From Deltaproteobacteria bacterium (GTDB lineage: Bacteria; Desulfobacterota; Binatia; UBA12015), in the NCBI GenBank assembly GCA_046583355.1, contig JAYGCM010000033.1, positions 1 to 18,089 of the forward strand: a DNA stretch of 18,089 bases, in the 5' to 3' direction. Under the pieces are notes generated by a model. The model did not search any database. It was given only the letters and a program-made list of their open reading frames with translations, and was not told where the DNA came from. The position numbers and the translations under genes were made by a program. Below are positions 15,628-18,089 of this stretch, one piece after another. Within the stretch, counting starts at the first letter, position 1. Every line of letters starts with the position of its first letter.

Positions 15628-16479
15628 ATGGGAGAATTGTCGGGCAAGAACGCATTGGTAACGGGCGCCAGTCGTGGGATCGGGAACGCGATTGCGCGTC
15701 GGTTTTCTGCCGAGGGAGCCAATGTGGTGCTGGTGGCGTCGCGTCTCGGCACGCATGGCTCGTTCTCCGGTACGCTGGCCGACGCCGCGGCGGAGATCGA
15801 GGGCGCGGGCGGGCGAGCCGCGCCACTCGCCTGCAATCTCGCTGACGCGACGGCGCGTGGGGATCTTCTCGCGCGAGCGGCGGCGCTTTTCGGCCCGATC
15901 GATATCCTCGTGAACAACGCGGCCGGTGCTCGCATGGCGCTGCCGAGCCTGGCGACAACCAAAGAACGCGCCTTCATGTTCGACCTGAACGTGAACGCAC
16001 CGATCGATCTGGCCCAGCAGGCGATTGCCGGGATGAAGGAGCGCGGCGGCGGTTGGATCCTGAACATCAGCAGCGCGACCCGCAACCAGCCGGCGCTGCC
16101 ATATCCGGATTCCAAGATGGCGGCGTGGATGATCGGGCCCTACGGTGCCAGCAAGATCGCCCTGGAGCGCTACACCGAGGCGCTCGGACACGAGCTGGCC
16201 GAACACGAGATTTTCGTCAACGCGATGGCGCCGGTTTCCATCGTCCTCACGCAGGGCGCCGATTATGTCCGCGACATTGCGCGCAAGCATCCGCATATGG
16301 CCGAGCCCGTCGAGATGATGGTCGAGGCCGCGATGGAACTCTGCACGAACCGCCACGTCGCCCAGGTCGTGTTCAGCCGCGATATCGTACATGCGGTGGG
16401 GCGCAAGGTGATGAGCCTCGATGGGAAGACCGTGCTGGGCGACGCGTTTCTTGCCGCGGACCTCGAAGGAACGGCCTGA
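15628..16479 (+). CDS. Short-chain dehydrogenase/reductase, 283 aa
   Basis: TGASRGIG, LVNNAAG, NISS and YGASK motifs. Start ATG 15628 (MGELSGKNALVT). Confidence 0.92.
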   Translation: MGELSGKNALVTGASRGIGNAIARRFSAEGANVVLVASRLGTHGSFSGTLADAAAEIEGAGGRAAPLACNLADATARGDLLARAAALFGPIDILVNNAAGARMALPSLATTKERAFMFDLNVNAPIDLAQQAIAGMKERGGGWILNISSATRNQPALPYPDSKMAAWMIGPYGASKIALERYTEALGHELAEHEIFVNAMAPVSIVLTQGADYVRDIARKHPHMAEPVEMMVEAAMELCTNRHVAQVVFSRDIVHAVGRKVMSLDGKTVLGDAFLAADLEGTA

Positions 16480-16534
16480 TGTCGCGTTGTGGAGCTCTCG
16501 GCGCCACCTTCAATCAATATCATAAGGAAATTTC

Positions 16535-17281
16535 ATGAAAGAAAATGGTCGAGTTGCCCTGATCACGGGTGCGGGACAGGGGATGGGCCTGGGCGTTGCG
16601 CGGCGGCTCGCGGCCGACGGCATCCAGGTCTGCCTCAATGATATTGACCCGCAGCGCGCCGCGAGTGCAGCCGAGGAGATTTGCTCGGCTGGCGGCCAGG
16701 CGATAGCTGCGCCCTTTGACGTGACCTGCCTGGACGCCGTACTGGAGGCGACCCGCGATCTGGAGGCCCGACTCGGGCATATTGATATCCTGGTGAACAA
16801 CGCGGGCAATGCCGGCGCAGCCACGATGAGCCAGCTCTCCTTCAAAGATATGCCCGCTTCGGAATGGTCGCGTTATCTCGACGTGAACCTTTATGGCGTG
16901 CTGCATTGCACCAAAGCTGTACTGGACGGAATGTGCGAGCGTGGTTGGGGGCGCGTCGTCACGATCTCTTCGGAAGCGGGCCGAACCGGCCTGGATATCG
17001 GCGTCTCACTCTACGGCGTAGCCAAGGCAGGCGCGGCCCACCTGATGCGTCATCTGGCTCGCGAAGTCGGCCCATCCGGGGTGACCACGAATGTGATTTC
17101 TCTGGGCCTGATGGACAACGTGCCCCCGGAGTTCACCGAGGCGATCGTCCGCACGATTCCCGCACGGCGCCTCGGCAGCCCGCAAGACGTCGGCGCCGCC
17201 ACCGCCTATCTGGTCTCGGAAGATGCCAGCTGGGTTACGGGACAGACCATCGTGCTGAACGGCGGGTCGTTCACGCATTGA
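16535..17281 (+). CDS. Short-chain dehydrogenase/reductase (FabG-like), 248 aa
   Basis: TGAGQGMG, LVNNAG, YGVAK and WVTGQTIVLNGG motifs. AAGGA upstream. Confidence 0.93.
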   Translation: MKENGRVALITGAGQGMGLGVARRLAADGIQVCLNDIDPQRAASAAEEICSAGGQAIAAPFDVTCLDAVLEATRDLEARLGHIDILVNNAGNAGAATMSQLSFKDMPASEWSRYLDVNLYGVLHCTKAVLDGMCERGWGRVVTISSEAGRTGLDIGVSLYGVAKAGAAHLMRHLAREVGPSGVTTNVISLGLMDNVPPEFTEAIVRTIPARRLGSPQDVGAATAYLVSEDASWVTGQTIVLNGGSFTH

Positions 17282-17379
17282 GCGCTCCGTCCCCACCTCC
17301 GTCGGGCCTCGTAGCCGCTCGCCCTGCGGCCTCTCGCCGAAGTGCCGCTCACGCCGTAGAGTGATAGACCTGCTCGCGC

Positions 17380-18089
17380 ATGACGACCAAGGACGTAACC
17401 TTTCGAGACGCGGGCCTGCGCTCACCGCTGCTCCGCAGCGTAAACGCCGGCGGTGCCTTGCTGCGACGCCTCGGCCTGGAGCGGCGACCGATGCGCGCGG
17501 AGGCGGTTCTCGCACGCGCGCGCAAGAGCACCGGACTCGAGGATTTCGGTGACGATTCCTGGCGCGAGGGCCTGGACGTCCTGCTCGAAAGCATGGAGCG
17601 CGAAGCCGACCTGACCAGCTTCGGGCGATTCGTGCAGGGCGCGATGCTGAGCCAATTTCTCGGCATTCGCCTCCAAGTCGTCGATTGGGCGAAGCGACAC
17701 CCTGCCATCCGCGAGGAAAAAATCCGCGCGCCCTGGGTCATTGCAGGCCTGCCGCGCACCGGCACGACGCTGCTCAGTCACCTGCTTGACCTCGATCCGA
17801 AGGTACGTTCGCTGCTCGGCTGGGAGGCGACCTCGCCGATGCCGCCGGCGACGCCAGCCGGCCGGGAGCACGACCCGCGCATCGCCGCGGCGGAGAAAAT
17901 CGGGGCGCGCCTCGATCGCCTTATCCCGCCGCTCAAGGCAATGCATCCGCTGGAGCCGCGGCTGCCGACGGAATGCGTCACTATCTTCGCCTGCGATTTC
18001 CGCTCGCTGCTCTTCACCACGCAGACCCCTGTGCCGGCGTATGCGGCCTGGCTCGACGCGGCCGATACGCGTCCCGCCTACGCCTTCCA
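17380..18089 (+). CDS. PAPS-dependent sulfotransferase (mycobacterial Stf-like/Sulfotransfer_3), runs off the window edge
   Basis: Not in the ORF track. Manual translation gives MTTKDVTFRD...ARKSTGLEDFGDDSWREGLDVLLES...RAPWVIAGLPRTGTTLLSHLLDLDP...PTEC. PRTGTT is the 5'-PSB loop. Confidence 0.9.
   Translation, partial: MTTKDVTFRDAGLRSPLLRSVNAGGALLRRLGLERRPMRAEAVLARARKSTGLEDFGDDSWREGLDVLLESMEREADLTSFGRFVQGAMLSQFLGIRLQVVDWAKRHPAIREEKIRAPWVIAGLPRTGTTLLSHLLDLDPKVRSLLGWEATSPMPPATPAGREHDPRIAAAEKIGARLDRLIPPLKAMHPLEPRLPTECVTIFACDFRSLLFTTQTPVPAYAAWLDAADTRPAYAF

Noticed and set aside
17282..17379. C-rich spacer with GCCGCTC repeated twice
   Set aside because: Too short and GC-rich to exceed chance, and no convincing structure.

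Overview
This is a high-GC bacterial metabolic region of about 16 genes. I found no rRNA, tRNA, CRISPR array, transposase or integrase. Gene order: PhlG-type C-C hydrolase (partial, -), two SDRs, SGNH/GDSL hydrolase (-), a lower-GC two-gene insert (DUF4345-like membrane protein and a 652-aa secreted protein), a translationally coupled TetR / TauD-family dioxygenase / molybdopterin oxidoreductase operon, a secreted hypothetical protein, a pectinacetylesterase-family lipoprotein, a WHG-type TetR (-) divergent from a Tat-lipoprotein carotenoid-cleavage oxygenase, two more SDRs and a sulfotransferase (partial). The two edge genes are absent from the supplied ORF track, and I moved several start codons. 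The main unexplained structure lies in the first 6 kb. A 19-bp motif (GAATCACCAGGAACCCTCC) recurs in direct orientation at module boundaries (613, 2445, 3294, plus a degenerate copy near 5960). A 70-bp operator/promoter/start-codon block is duplicated on both sides of the low-GC insert. Together these suggest a repeat-delimited array of acquired gene modules, which is a hypothesis because no recombinase is visible in the window. All alignments and counts were done by eye.
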